Shown: one piece after another, positions 10,640 through 19,759 of the stretch | Position numbering within the stretch: position 1 is the stretch's first letter | Layout of the letters: each line of letters starts with the position of its first letter | Origin: Thermoproteota archaeon | Lineage (GTDB): Archaea > Korarchaeota > Korarchaeia > B14-G2 | NCBI GenBank assembly: GCA_037917675.1 | Contig: JAVCBW010000013.1 | Location: forward strand, 1 to 64,000 | DNA: 64,000 nt | Direction of reading: 5' to 3' | Translations under genes and position numbers: made by a program | The notes under the pieces: model-generated | What the model was told of the DNA's origin: nothing | The model's input: only the letters and a program-made list of their open reading frames with translations | Databases searched by the model: none

Positions 10640-10673
10640 TAGTCGATGTAAGGATGATAGAAGGTATGGAGCT

Positions 10674-11453
10674 GTGAGAGTAGACATAGTTGGGAGTAGA
10701 GAAAAGGCGGTTGCGATAATAAGCTTGAGTAAGTATGAAAGTAGGTCTAATGCTGAAGAGCATGCAGAACAGCTGATAAAACAGTATAGGCATGTGAAAA
10801 GTGTGTTGTTGAGAGCTTCTCCTAGAATGGGGGAGTATAGGTTGAGAGAGTATGAGCTCATTGCAGGAGAGCAAGACACGGAAGTCGTGCATGTAGAGTA
10901 TGGGTGTAAGCTGATGCTAGACCCTAGGAAAGTCTACTTCTCTCCTAGAGAAGCCCATGAGAGACAGCTGGTAGCCGACATGGTCTCAAGTGGAGAGAGG
11001 GTACTTGTGATGTTCGCAGGAGTAGGCCCATTCTGCATAGCTATAGCTAAGAAGCGGAAGGCAAGTATAGTCGTTGGTATAGAGATAAGCAAGGTAGCAT
11101 GGGAGTATATGGTGAAAAACATAAAGCTAAACAAGCTATCAGATACTAGAGCCATATTGGGGGATGTCAGGTTCATATGCCCCTTCTTGAGGAGGGTCTT
11201 CGATAGAGTGCTTATGCCTCTCCCTCTGGAGGGGGAACTCTACTTAGACTTGGCTGTAGAGGCTCTCAGAGGGAAAGGAGCTGTTAGCCTCTATGGACTA
11301 AGTAAAGAGAGCGGAGAAGATCTTGTTAGCAGAGTTAGTAAAGAGCTAGAGAAGCTAGGTGTCGAATGGGATATAATTGGAAAGAGAAAGGTTGCTACAT
11401 ACGCACCGAGAACTTACAAGTTTAGAGTCGATATAGAGGTGAAATTAAAGTGA
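10674..11453 (+). CDS. Trm5/Tyw2-family SAM-dependent tRNA methyltransferase
   Basis: VHVEYGC...DPRKVYFSPR...ER, MFAGVGPF (motif I), DRVLMPLP. Confidence 0.85.
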   Translation: MRVDIVGSREKAVAIISLSKYESRSNAEEHAEQLIKQYRHVKSVLLRASPRMGEYRLREYELIAGEQDTEVVHVEYGCKLMLDPRKVYFSPREAHERQLVADMVSSGERVLVMFAGVGPFCIAIAKKRKASIVVGIEISKVAWEYMVKNIKLNKLSDTRAILGDVRFICPFLRRVFDRVLMPLPLEGELYLDLAVEALRGKGAVSLYGLSKESGEDLVSRVSKELEKLGVEWDIIGKRKVATYAPRTYKFRVDIEVKLK

Positions 11454-11533
11454 AGTTAAGCCTAGGAAAAACACTATTTAACTCTAGAGCATCAATCCTT
11501 TAAATCAGCTGAATATGGGGTATAGGATGATCA

Positions 11534-12139
11534 ATGACGTCACATATAGATTATATCAGAGCAGATGACTTCTTTAAAAGAAGGCTGAAGGCTAGAATGG
11601 CGATTAGAAGAGAAGAAATAGGCAGATCTATATATAGTACAGTAAAAGAAGTTATGGTGAGCAAGATAGATGATGGTGGCGGTACACCCTTAAGCGAAAT
11701 TGTGAACATGATAGCATTAAGGGTAAATAGAGAGATTGAGTCGATAGTCGATAAGATATTGGAAGACGCTTATGAGATATTCAGTGATTTCATGAAGTAT
11801 ACTCTCCCAAAGATTGGAAATAGAGGAGCAGCTACACGTGAGGGAGAGAGCAAGATACTTGAGGCCTATGAAAGAGATCTAGCTGATATTAAAAGGAAAA
11901 TGAAGGAAATCTGTACATCAGATAAGATCAGGAGGATATATAGGACTTTATCAGTGATAGAGGAAGCATCTAAGAGAGGTGAAGAACCACTGACGTATTT
12001 TAAGATAGCTGCCTTGCTAGGCAAGTCAGAGGGCACCGTTAAGGCTCATACTAGAGAGCTTGAAAAGCTGGGGCATATTAGAGTCAACAGGAGCAGTAAG
12101 CCTTATCAGATAATCTTCGTCTCTGCACCATGGATTTAA
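11534..12139 (+). CDS. Putative transcription regulator with C-terminal winged HTH
   Basis: LTYFKIAALLGKSEGTVKAHTRELEKLGHI; TTTAAA promoter element upstream. Confidence 0.7.
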   Translation: MTSHIDYIRADDFFKRRLKARMAIRREEIGRSIYSTVKEVMVSKIDDGGGTPLSEIVNMIALRVNREIESIVDKILEDAYEIFSDFMKYTLPKIGNRGAATREGESKILEAYERDLADIKRKMKEICTSDKIRRIYRTLSVIEEASKRGEEPLTYFKIAALLGKSEGTVKAHTRELEKLGHIRVNRSSKPYQIIFVSAPWI

Positions 12140-12405
12140 AGGAGATTGTGCTAGTTGTTTCGACAAACTGCCTGTATTCTAAGGCTCTACTTAGATATCT
12201 TAGAGCAAGATATAGAGACTTGCTTGACAAGATCAGGTTTATCATCGTAGATGAACCTAGTGGGGCAGAGGAAGCAAGGAAGCTCGGAGTTGAGTTTACA
12301 CCAACGCTTATAGTTGATGGTAAAGTTTTAGCAGTCGGCTTCGAGCTAGATAAGATAAAGGGTGCTCTCGAGATTCTGAGGAAGGAGCTTGAGGTTAGAA
12401 GCTGA
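12130..12405 (+). CDS. Small thioredoxin/glutaredoxin-fold protein (CxxS)
   Basis: TNCLYS and GVEFTPTLIVDG (cis-Pro motif). Confidence 0.75.
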   Translation: MDLKEIVLVVSTNCLYSKALLRYLRARYRDLLDKIRFIIVDEPSGAEEARKLGVEFTPTLIVDGKVLAVGFELDKIKGALEILRKELEVRS

Positions 12406-13552
12406 TGTCATCGTATGTGGAGGAGGGCCGGCAGGGCTGGTGACAGCAGCCCTAGTAGCGAGAGGAGGGTTAAGAACCATAGTCTTTGAGGAGCATGAAG
12501 AAATAGGAGTGCCTACGCACTGTGCTGGGATACTGGGATGGAGATGTTGGGATGCACTCCCATATAAGCCTATGGAAGCCATAGTGGAGAGAGCACGAGA
12601 GATAAGCTTCGTTTTTCCTAATAGCATATTGAATTTGACCTTGAAGAAGCCTGCTGTCATCGTGAATAGAGCCGTGTTTGATGCTGCATTAGCAGAGAGA
12701 GCTGCCAGCTATGGAGTGAGCATTATAAACAAGGCTAAAGTGATTGGAGGAAGAGGTTTCAGAGGTGGAGTTAAGGTCTCTGTTAAGCTGAGGGATGGAG
12801 TAGTATTTGCTAGGGGAAAATATCTGGTAGCTGCTGATGGGGCTAGATCAACTATCAGGAGAGCCCTAGGAGAAAGCATGAGCTTCGATATAGGAGTACA
12901 GTCCGTGTATAGCAGAGGAGATTGTGAGAGGCTTGAAGTATACTTCACAAAACCTCTGCCACCAGGCTACTTTGGCTGGAGGATACCATTTGGTGAAGCT
13001 GAGAAGGTGGGTGCTGTTGTACCTTTGTATAAAGGAAAACTGTTCTGGAAGTTTCTTGACAAGATACTAGCTGCCAAAAAGAATATGCTCTATACTGAAG
13101 GAGGGCTTATCCCGAGAAAGCTTGTGGAGAGGATGACCAGAGGAAAAGTCGCCTTAGTCGGCGACTCTGCAGGACAGGTTAAGCCAATCAGCAGAGGAGG
13201 CGTGTTCTGGGGAACTATTGGAGCAATGGAGTTAGCTGCAGCCATCACGAGAGGGGAGAGCCTAAAAGCCTATGAAAGAAGATGGAAAAGGATGTTTCTG
13301 CAGGAGTTGAAGATAGGTCTAGCTTTGAGAGGTGTTCTCGAATCGCTCAGCTGGAATCAATTTGAGAAGATCCTTAGCATAGCAGGTAAATGCTTGAAGC
13401 ATCATCCTATTGAGGCAGAGTTAGACAGGCAGGCTTCCTTTATAATTGAAAGCATCAAAACATGCCTACCTCATGTGGCAAGAGATGTAGAGGCAGCTGC
13501 ATGCCTTATAAGAGCGCTGAGTTTAGCGGTCATGAGCGGTGTCCTCGCTTGA
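12389..13552 (+). CDS. Geranylgeranyl reductase family flavoprotein
   Basis: GGGPAG, HCAG, NRAVFD, AADG, PGYFGWRIP, LVGDSAGQVKP. Confidence 0.85.
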   Translation: MRLEADVIVCGGGPAGLVTAALVARGGLRTIVFEEHEEIGVPTHCAGILGWRCWDALPYKPMEAIVERAREISFVFPNSILNLTLKKPAVIVNRAVFDAALAERAASYGVSIINKAKVIGGRGFRGGVKVSVKLRDGVVFARGKYLVAADGARSTIRRALGESMSFDIGVQSVYSRGDCERLEVYFTKPLPPGYFGWRIPFGEAEKVGAVVPLYKGKLFWKFLDKILAAKKNMLYTEGGLIPRKLVERMTRGKVALVGDSAGQVKPISRGGVFWGTIGAMELAAAITRGESLKAYERRWKRMFLQELKIGLALRGVLESLSWNQFEKILSIAGKCLKHHPIEAELDRQASFIIESIKTCLPHVARDVEAAACLIRALSLAVMSGVLA

Positions 13553-14148
13553 ATCTGTTAATTTTGATGGTAGCAGTGCTCCTAATGATCGCAGTTGCTA
13601 TGCTGATGAGTGAGCTAGCTTGGAGAGCTAGAGGGACACTAGGACTTATAGGGCTAGCTACTCTAGTCCATATGTATATTGTGTCCACTGGATCAGAGTA
13701 TGAAGCTATCGTAGGGCTTGGGTTAAGCTTAGCTTCCCTTAGAGAAGGGAGATATTATGCGCTCATCCTACACCCATTCATCCATGCAAACATACAACAT
13801 CTCTTCTTTAACATGGCAGCTCTGGCAGTATTTGGCATGATCGTCGAGCTACAGATGGGGACACCATTCCTACTTGCTGTCTTTCTTACAACAAGCATCC
13901 TCTCTGGGCTCGCCTCTCTACCATTAATAGGAGAGAATGCTATAAGTGTAGGGGCATCAGGGGGGATATTCGGGTTAATGGGATGCATCTTAGCAGAAGA
14001 CTCTACTAGAATGGGAGTTAAGGCGTTGGAGCTAACTGCAGCCATATTCTTGGCTATAGGTCTCTGGTTTATTGGAGCTAATGTAGTAGCTCATTTAACA
14101 GGGCTACTGCTTGGGCTAGTAGTTAGAGCAGTTAGCAGGAGGAGATAG
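13549..14148 (+). CDS. Rhomboid family intramembrane serine protease
   Basis: HANIQHLFFNM, GASGG (Ser), AHLTG (His); TTG 13549 overlapping the GGR stop preferred over the ORF-track start 13462. Confidence 0.85.
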   Translation: MNLLILMVAVLLMIAVAMLMSELAWRARGTLGLIGLATLVHMYIVSTGSEYEAIVGLGLSLASLREGRYYALILHPFIHANIQHLFFNMAALAVFGMIVELQMGTPFLLAVFLTTSILSGLASLPLIGENAISVGASGGIFGLMGCILAEDSTRMGVKALELTAAIFLAIGLWFIGANVVAHLTGLLLGLVVRAVSRRR

Positions 14149-14151
14149 CTG

Positions 14152-15105
14152 ATGGTGACTGCCTCAGCTCCCTCTCAGGCATTTCTTTTCGGGGAGCATG
14201 CTGTCCTCTATAGAAAGCCTGCGCTTGCATGCAGCATCGACAAGAGAGCTATAGCTATAGCTGAAGCTAGAGAGGATGATTTAGTACATGTTAGCTCATC
14301 AGCATTTAGGGAGGCATATGTGATTAGAGGAGACAGAGAGGAGGGGGCTAGTGAGCTTAAACCTATTGCTCACGCACTCAGGAGGATAGTTGGAACACGT
14401 GGAGTAAGCTGCAGGATTAAGTCTAGAATCCCTATTGGAAGCGGGCTGGCTAGCTCAGCTTCAGTTGCAGCCTGCAGCATACTTGCAGCAGCCCATGCAG
14501 TTGGATTAAGGCTTACTAGAGAGGAGCTCCTAGAGAGGGTCTTTGATGTAGAGCAGGAGATACATGGCAAGGCAAGCAAGACTGGGCCAGCATGTGCTGT
14601 GCTTGGGGGAATGCTCTGGGTTAGCTGGATGCAGAATGAGATGAATGTGGAGAGACTCAGTTTTAGAGGGAATCTACCTCTTCTCGTGGCTTGGAGCGGG
14701 AAAAGGAGTCTAACACGTACCATGATAAGGAGGGTAGCTAGGCTTGTAGAGAAGTATCCTAGAGTATATGGCAGTGTACTAGATGCTATAGGGCAGATAG
14801 CTGAAGAGGGAAGAAGAGCACTTGAGAAAGGAGACTTCGAGCGTGTCGGGGAGCTTATGACACTGAATCACAGGCTTCTCCAAGCACTGAAGGTGTCAAC
14901 AAGGGAACTGGATGCCATTGTTGAGAAAGCTCTAGAGCTCGGTGCATATGGCGCTAAGCTCTCAGGAGGAGGTGGAGGAGGATGCTGTGTGATAGCTGTA
15001 TGTGAAGATAAGGCTAGCCAAGTAGCTAAAGCAATAGAACAGATGGGATTCACATGTTTCAGGACAGAGATCTCGCTTGAGGGAGCTAGAGTCGAATCCT
15101 CTTAG
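14152..15105 (+). CDS. mvk: Mevalonate kinase-like GHMP kinase with atypical active-site residues
   Basis: LFGEHAV, PIGSGLASSAS, GAKLSGGGGGGC; lipid-gene context. Confidence 0.75.
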   Translation: MVTASAPSQAFLFGEHAVLYRKPALACSIDKRAIAIAEAREDDLVHVSSSAFREAYVIRGDREEGASELKPIAHALRRIVGTRGVSCRIKSRIPIGSGLASSASVAACSILAAAHAVGLRLTREELLERVFDVEQEIHGKASKTGPACAVLGGMLWVSWMQNEMNVERLSFRGNLPLLVAWSGKRSLTRTMIRRVARLVEKYPRVYGSVLDAIGQIAEEGRRALEKGDFERVGELMTLNHRLLQALKVSTRELDAIVEKALELGAYGAKLSGGGGGGCCVIAVCEDKASQVAKAIEQMGFTCFRTEISLEGARVESS

Positions 15106-15800
15106 AACAGTGAAAGCCTTTTAGAAAGGATGCTTACTGTTGGAAGCGCAATCATCATTCCGATGAGGACCTGAGCTATATTGAATGGAACCTCTGCCAT
15201 AGCATAGTATCCGAGGACAAGCTGTTCATAGAGGAAGTACCCTGTAACCATCACAGCCCCTCCCATCAATGTTGCTATTATCCACTGTAGGTATTCTGGA
15301 GCTCTAGAGGAATAAGCCAACGTGATAATGGCTATGGCAGTGATTATAATCCATGTCAGGTACCTTATTTCAGCAGAGAGAGTCGCACCTACCCTTAGAA
15401 ACCCGATTGTAAGCTCAGATTGCCCTGTGTAATACTTGGCTCCTATAGCTAGCAGGAAAATTGGAAGAGCTACAGCAGTCAGATATCTTGGAGCTCTCTT
15501 CTTAACAGGCTTTCTACTGAGGAATCCTACTATAAGACCCTCTAAACCCTTGATGATAGCTGTCGCTGGCGCATAGATGTAGTATCCGGTAGCTATATCT
15601 GCTAGAGCTGGGCCGAGGCCTCCAGCTATGGCGCCGATTTTCGGTCCAAATAGCATTGCTGTAATGTATACAGTTGACTCACCTATGTTAAAGTAGCCCT
15701 TTGTCGCAGGAATATATACCTGAATCATAGTTGTAGATATACAGTTGACTGCAGTGAATATAGCCACTAAGGAAAGCTCTCTAGCGCTTTTCATCGACAT
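15102..15800 (-). CDS. ECF transporter S component
   Basis: IPATKGYFNIGE...LFGPKIGAIAGGLG...LADI...KGLEG; polytopic. Confidence 0.85.
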   Translation of the reverse strand: MSMKSARELSLVAIFTAVNCISTTMIQVYIPATKGYFNIGESTVYITAMLFGPKIGAIAGGLGPALADIATGYYIYAPATAIIKGLEGLIVGFLSRKPVKKRAPRYLTAVALPIFLLAIGAKYYTGQSELTIGFLRVGATLSAEIRYLTWIIITAIAIITLAYSSRAPEYLQWIIATLMGGAVMVTGYFLYEQLVLGYYAMAEVPFNIAQVLIGMMIALPTVSILSKRLSLF

Positions 15801-15848
15801 AGTATCTGGAAGCTTAACCTGGTGTATAAGCTTTATTCAAAATTGGAG

Positions 15849-17135
15849 TTAATAAGCTGCAAGCGATAGAAGTAAGCGGCCTGCTGGCGTCAGATAGAAT
15901 ACCCTCTTTTTCCTTTGTGAAGCAACTTTTACCGCATAAACAAGCCCTCTTTTGCTTAGATGCTTGAGATAAGCATGGACTAACTGGGGGGAGAGGGGGA
16001 GCCTCCTCTCTCTGAGAGCCTTATACACGCCATATGCGTGGATTGGCCCCTGCTCAGCTATAACCTTAAGAATCTCGATTCTTACAGCATGTGGAGCTGC
16101 TTGTAAGTCTAGAGAGCTGGTGTGATATGCCATGATATCTAGCGACTTGAGGCCAGAACCTGTGACTAATGCAACTACCGGTCTAGTATTCGAAGCTAGC
16201 TTCCTTGAGAGCTTAAAGCAGGCTGCTATAGAGGCTGCGGCAGAAGGCTCAGCCAGCACTCCCTCAGCCCTCGCTAAAACCCTTACAAAACGGATCATCT
16301 CAGCATCAGATACCTCGACTACAGCCCCATTGGTTTCTTCTAAAGCCTTCTTTGTCGCTCTAAGATAGGTTTCGTCAGTTACTGGCAGGAATGCCGCACT
16401 GTATGCTGGCTTAGGAGAAGCTAGCGGATGGCCTTTTGAAACAGCAGCATACAGCGTAGGAAGCTGCCCTATTTCTCCCTGGTCTAAAAGCTCCTTAAAA
16501 CCCTTGTAAATCGAGAAAAGGAGAGCTCCCGTTGCAGTAGGGACCATGATAGCTGAGGGAACACCATCAAGTTGCTCTACTAGCTCTAGGGAGATGGTTT
16601 TCAAGCCCTCTAGCATATAGGGGTTATGGTATGATACTGTGAGGGAGCACTCCGACCGTGGTTCCTCTACGCCATATAGTGATGCCTGTACCATTTTTCT
16701 CATGTCAGCTGACAGTATATTGCTTCCAAAGGCCTTTATCCCAGCTCTAGCTAGGTAGGCTCCCATTGAAGCTATGTAGTTCCCATCTCCATGCAGGCTC
16801 ACTGAGGTAAAGCCTGAAGACACTATGACCGATGCCAGCACAGCGCTTCCTCTATCCACATAGGATCCCGTAGGGTTTCTAGACTCATCCTTCACATAGA
16901 GACTGGACAAGCCAATTTGCTCCCGTAGAGCTACACATGGTATCAAGGGCGTTGAGGCTTCGCCTAGTGAGAGTTCAACAGACACGCTTGGAAGATAGGG
17001 CCTGTACCTCCAGACACCGCAGCCTACGCCTCTTCCTCCAGCTCCCTCCAGAGAGAGGGGAGCACCACATGTACATCTTTCCAACTCAACTGTAGGTGGA
17101 TAGCATCTACCACACTCTAAGCATTTCAGCTTCAT
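15849..17135 (-). CDS. Threonine synthase-like PLP-fold protein with N-terminal Zn ribbon and C-terminal winged HTH; PLP lysine absent
   Basis: CLECG..CTCG, LGEASTPL, NPTGSYVDRG, AEPSAAAS, VTGSGLK, then an ArsR/PadR-like HTH. Confidence 0.8.
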   Translation of the reverse strand: MKLKCLECGRCYPPTVELERCTCGAPLSLEGAGGRGVGCGVWRYRPYLPSVSVELSLGEASTPLIPCVALREQIGLSSLYVKDESRNPTGSYVDRGSAVLASVIVSSGFTSVSLHGDGNYIASMGAYLARAGIKAFGSNILSADMRKMVQASLYGVEEPRSECSLTVSYHNPYMLEGLKTISLELVEQLDGVPSAIMVPTATGALLFSIYKGFKELLDQGEIGQLPTLYAAVSKGHPLASPKPAYSAAFLPVTDETYLRATKKALEETNGAVVEVSDAEMIRFVRVLARAEGVLAEPSAAASIAACFKLSRKLASNTRPVVALVTGSGLKSLDIMAYHTSSLDLQAAPHAVRIEILKVIAEQGPIHAYGVYKALRERRLPLSPQLVHAYLKHLSKRGLVYAVKVASQRKKRVFYLTPAGRLLLSLAAY

Positions 17136-17208
17136 CTAGGTGAACCCCCAAGACCAGCAGCAAGATGTATGTTTTAAAGAAGCATGGTACGTGGCCATAG
17201 GGGTCTGA

Positions 17209-17769
17209 TTGTCTGTTGCACTCCTGATAGTCGATATGCTAAACGACTTCGTAGATGAAAGGGGATCACTATACGTACCTGAAGCTAAGAGGATAGTCAA
17301 CAACATAAAGAGGATTCTGGCTGCAGCTCGAGAAGGAGGTGCACGAGTATTTTACATATGTGACGCCCACTTACCAAATGACCTAGAGTTCAAGTTTTAT
17401 CCTCCACATGCTGTAAAGAGAACATGGGGAGCTGAGGTTATCGACGACCTCAAGCCTGCTGTCAATGAGGTAGTCATCTATAAGAGGAGGTATAGTGGCT
17501 TCTTTGGCACAGATCTAGACATAGCCTTGAGGGAAGATGGGGTCGGCAAGATCATTGTGACTGGAGTGTTAACAGACGTATGTGTGCTCTACACGGTAGC
17601 TGACGCTTTCTTTAGAGGCTATACTGTGTTGGTCGTCTCAGATGGCACAGCCAGCCTAAGCGAAGATAGACATAGGTGGGCGTTAAACCACATGAGGGAA
17701 GTTCTTAAAGCTGAGATCATAGACACAAGTAAGGCAGTAGACATCTTGAGATCATGCATGCAGACATAG
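17209..17769 (+). CDS. Cysteine hydrolase (isochorismatase/nicotinamidase family)
   Basis: IVDMLNDF, DAH, PPHAV, KRRYSGF, TDVCV. Confidence 0.9.
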   Translation: MSVALLIVDMLNDFVDERGSLYVPEAKRIVNNIKRILAAAREGGARVFYICDAHLPNDLEFKFYPPHAVKRTWGAEVIDDLKPAVNEVVIYKRRYSGFFGTDLDIALREDGVGKIIVTGVLTDVCVLYTVADAFFRGYTVLVVSDGTASLSEDRHRWALNHMREVLKAEIIDTSKAVDILRSCMQT

Positions 17770-18803
17770 CTCAGAAGCCTACTGTGAAAGAAGCTCTGCT
17801 ATACGAGAAGCTACGTGGAGACAGAGTCAGGTGTCTACTCTGTGAGCGAAAATGCACAATAGAACCTAGCATGAAAGGCTTCTGTGGGACAAGAGTGAAC
17901 TTAAACGGTAGACTCTATACTCTAGTTTATGGGAACCTAAGCGCCATTGAGAGCAGGCCTATAGAAATCAAGCCCTTCTACAACTACTGGCCAGGATCTC
18001 ATGCAACAACGTTCTCAACATGGTCTTGTAATTTCACATGCCCTTGGTGTCAGAACTACCATCTATCTAGGAGAAAGCCGGATCCCCTTGTAGACAGGTA
18101 CACGCCACCTGAGCAGCTCCTAGAATACTCAGAGTACTGGAGGGACGAGGGGCTTTGCGTGAGCTTTCAGGAGCCTACATTACTCTTTGAATATTCAATA
18201 GACGTCTTTAAGCTTGGGTCTTCACGAGGCCTATACTGCTGCTTTGTTTCAAACGGATATATGACGCTAGAAGCCCTGAAGCTTCTAAGGAAAAGCGGTA
18301 TGGATGGGCTCAAGATAGACATCAAGGGAGACAGAGAAGTCTATAGGAAGTATTGTGGAGGAGTAGATGTAGAGATCGTCTGGAGAAACATCGAGAAGAG
18401 CAGAGAGATGGGATACCATGTTGAAGTCGTTAACCTCATAGTTACAGGAGTAAATGATAGAGAGGAGCAGGTCGAATGGGTCATCGAAAAGCACCTAAAA
18501 CACTCTGGAGCTGAGACTCCACTACACTTTACGAGGTACTTCCCAGCGTACAAGTTCAGCAGCCCACCTACACCCGTTAAGACTCTTGAGAAAGCCGTTA
18601 AGCTAGCTAGGAAGATGGGAGTCATGTATCCATACTTGGGAAATGTCCCTGGACACTGGGGAGAACACACATATTGCCCAGAGTGTGGCGAAGTTGTTAT
18701 AAAGAGGATGGGTATGAGGCCTGTTAAGTGTAAAGTTGATAAAGATGGTAGATGCCTAAAATGCGGCTTTAAACTCCATATAAGAGGGAGGATCTTGTGC
18801 TGA
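17754..18803 (+). CDS. AmmeMemoRadiSam-type radical SAM enzyme
   Basis: CLLCERKC...GFCG, RPIEIKP, CNFTCPWCQN, PLHFTRYFPAY, YLGNVPG..TYCPECG. Confidence 0.85.
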   Translation: MHADIAQKPTVKEALLYEKLRGDRVRCLLCERKCTIEPSMKGFCGTRVNLNGRLYTLVYGNLSAIESRPIEIKPFYNYWPGSHATTFSTWSCNFTCPWCQNYHLSRRKPDPLVDRYTPPEQLLEYSEYWRDEGLCVSFQEPTLLFEYSIDVFKLGSSRGLYCCFVSNGYMTLEALKLLRKSGMDGLKIDIKGDREVYRKYCGGVDVEIVWRNIEKSREMGYHVEVVNLIVTGVNDREEQVEWVIEKHLKHSGAETPLHFTRYFPAYKFSSPPTPVKTLEKAVKLARKMGVMYPYLGNVPGHWGEHTYCPECGEVVIKRMGMRPVKCKVDKDGRCLKCGFKLHIRGRILC

Positions 18804-19759
18804 GAGAAAAGCTGAGCGAAGGAGACTACATAATGACAGAGGAAGGATACGTATTCGAGGTTAAAGGAATGAGACATAAAGGAGGATGGTACACTGCCTA
18901 CTTAAAGTACAAGCATACAAAGAGAGAGAAGCTGAAAATCTATCCTATTGGAGAAAGGTTTGCAGAGGTTATTAAGCATGCAAGAAAGTATCTCTGGTAT
19001 GATGAATCGATATGCAGGATGAGCATGAGAGTGGTGCTTAAGGACGCTATTGAAACGCTGAAAGCACAGGAAGCCTATACTAGGCTCAAAAACCATGGAG
19101 CAAAGAGCAGGATAGGAGAAGCCACGCTGAAAATGGCGAAGATCCTTGAGGATAATGGTGTTAGCAAAGGTAGCATAGGAGTCAGCGGGTCTGTGAGCCT
19201 AGGCATAGAGCATGAGGACTCCGACATAGATATAGTGGTATATGGCGAGAAAGAGGGGCGGCTAGCCTATACCATACTCAGCGAGCTCAGAGCTGATGGC
19301 GTAACTCAGCCGCTTAGCGAGGAGATTGTGAGGAGGAAGTATGCTAGCATGAGAGCTAGAGTAGACTACAGCCTCTTCAAGGAAAGAGAGACCAGCAGAG
19401 TTCTCCAAGGCATGTTTGATGGCGTAGAGTACAGCATCAGGCTTGTTGATGAAGGGACGCCTGAGTTTAAGGCATATATCCCAATAAGAAGAGTAGAAGG
19501 GGTTTATGAGGTATTAGATGACAGGTATTCTGTGTTCACTCCAATGTGGTGTGAAGTAGAGGTTATAGAGGGAGCTAGTGCAAGTGGAGTTTTCTCCCTA
19601 AGAATGAGGGATACAGAAGCAGCTAGATCAGGAGACATGATTTATGTCAGTGGTCACCTAGAGCTCTGCGTCACTTCTAATGGCATAGCAACTATCATTT
19701 CTCTTAATGACGACTATAGCTACATAGTTCCGGGGTATGCTGTTGAAGATAGCAGATAG
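18797..19759 (+). CDS. Predicted nucleotidyltransferase (COG1665-like), copy 1
   Basis: Pol-beta motif GVSGS...SDIDIVVYG; FEVKG..H..AYLKY N-terminus. Confidence 0.75.
   Translation: MLREKLSEGDYIMTEEGYVFEVKGMRHKGGWYTAYLKYKHTKREKLKIYPIGERFAEVIKHARKYLWYDESICRMSMRVVLKDAIETLKAQEAYTRLKNHGAKSRIGEATLKMAKILEDNGVSKGSIGVSGSVSLGIEHEDSDIDIVVYGEKEGRLAYTILSELRADGVTQPLSEEIVRRKYASMRARVDYSLFKERETSRVLQGMFDGVEYSIRLVDEGTPEFKAYIPIRRVEGVYEVLDDRYSVFTPMWCEVEVIEGASASGVFSLRMRDTEAARSGDMIYVSGHLELCVTSNGIATIISLNDDYSYIVPGYAVEDSR

Noticed and set aside
14961-14985. GGA/GGT triplet run
   Set aside because: Encodes the GHMP kinase Gly-rich loop; not a contingency repeat.
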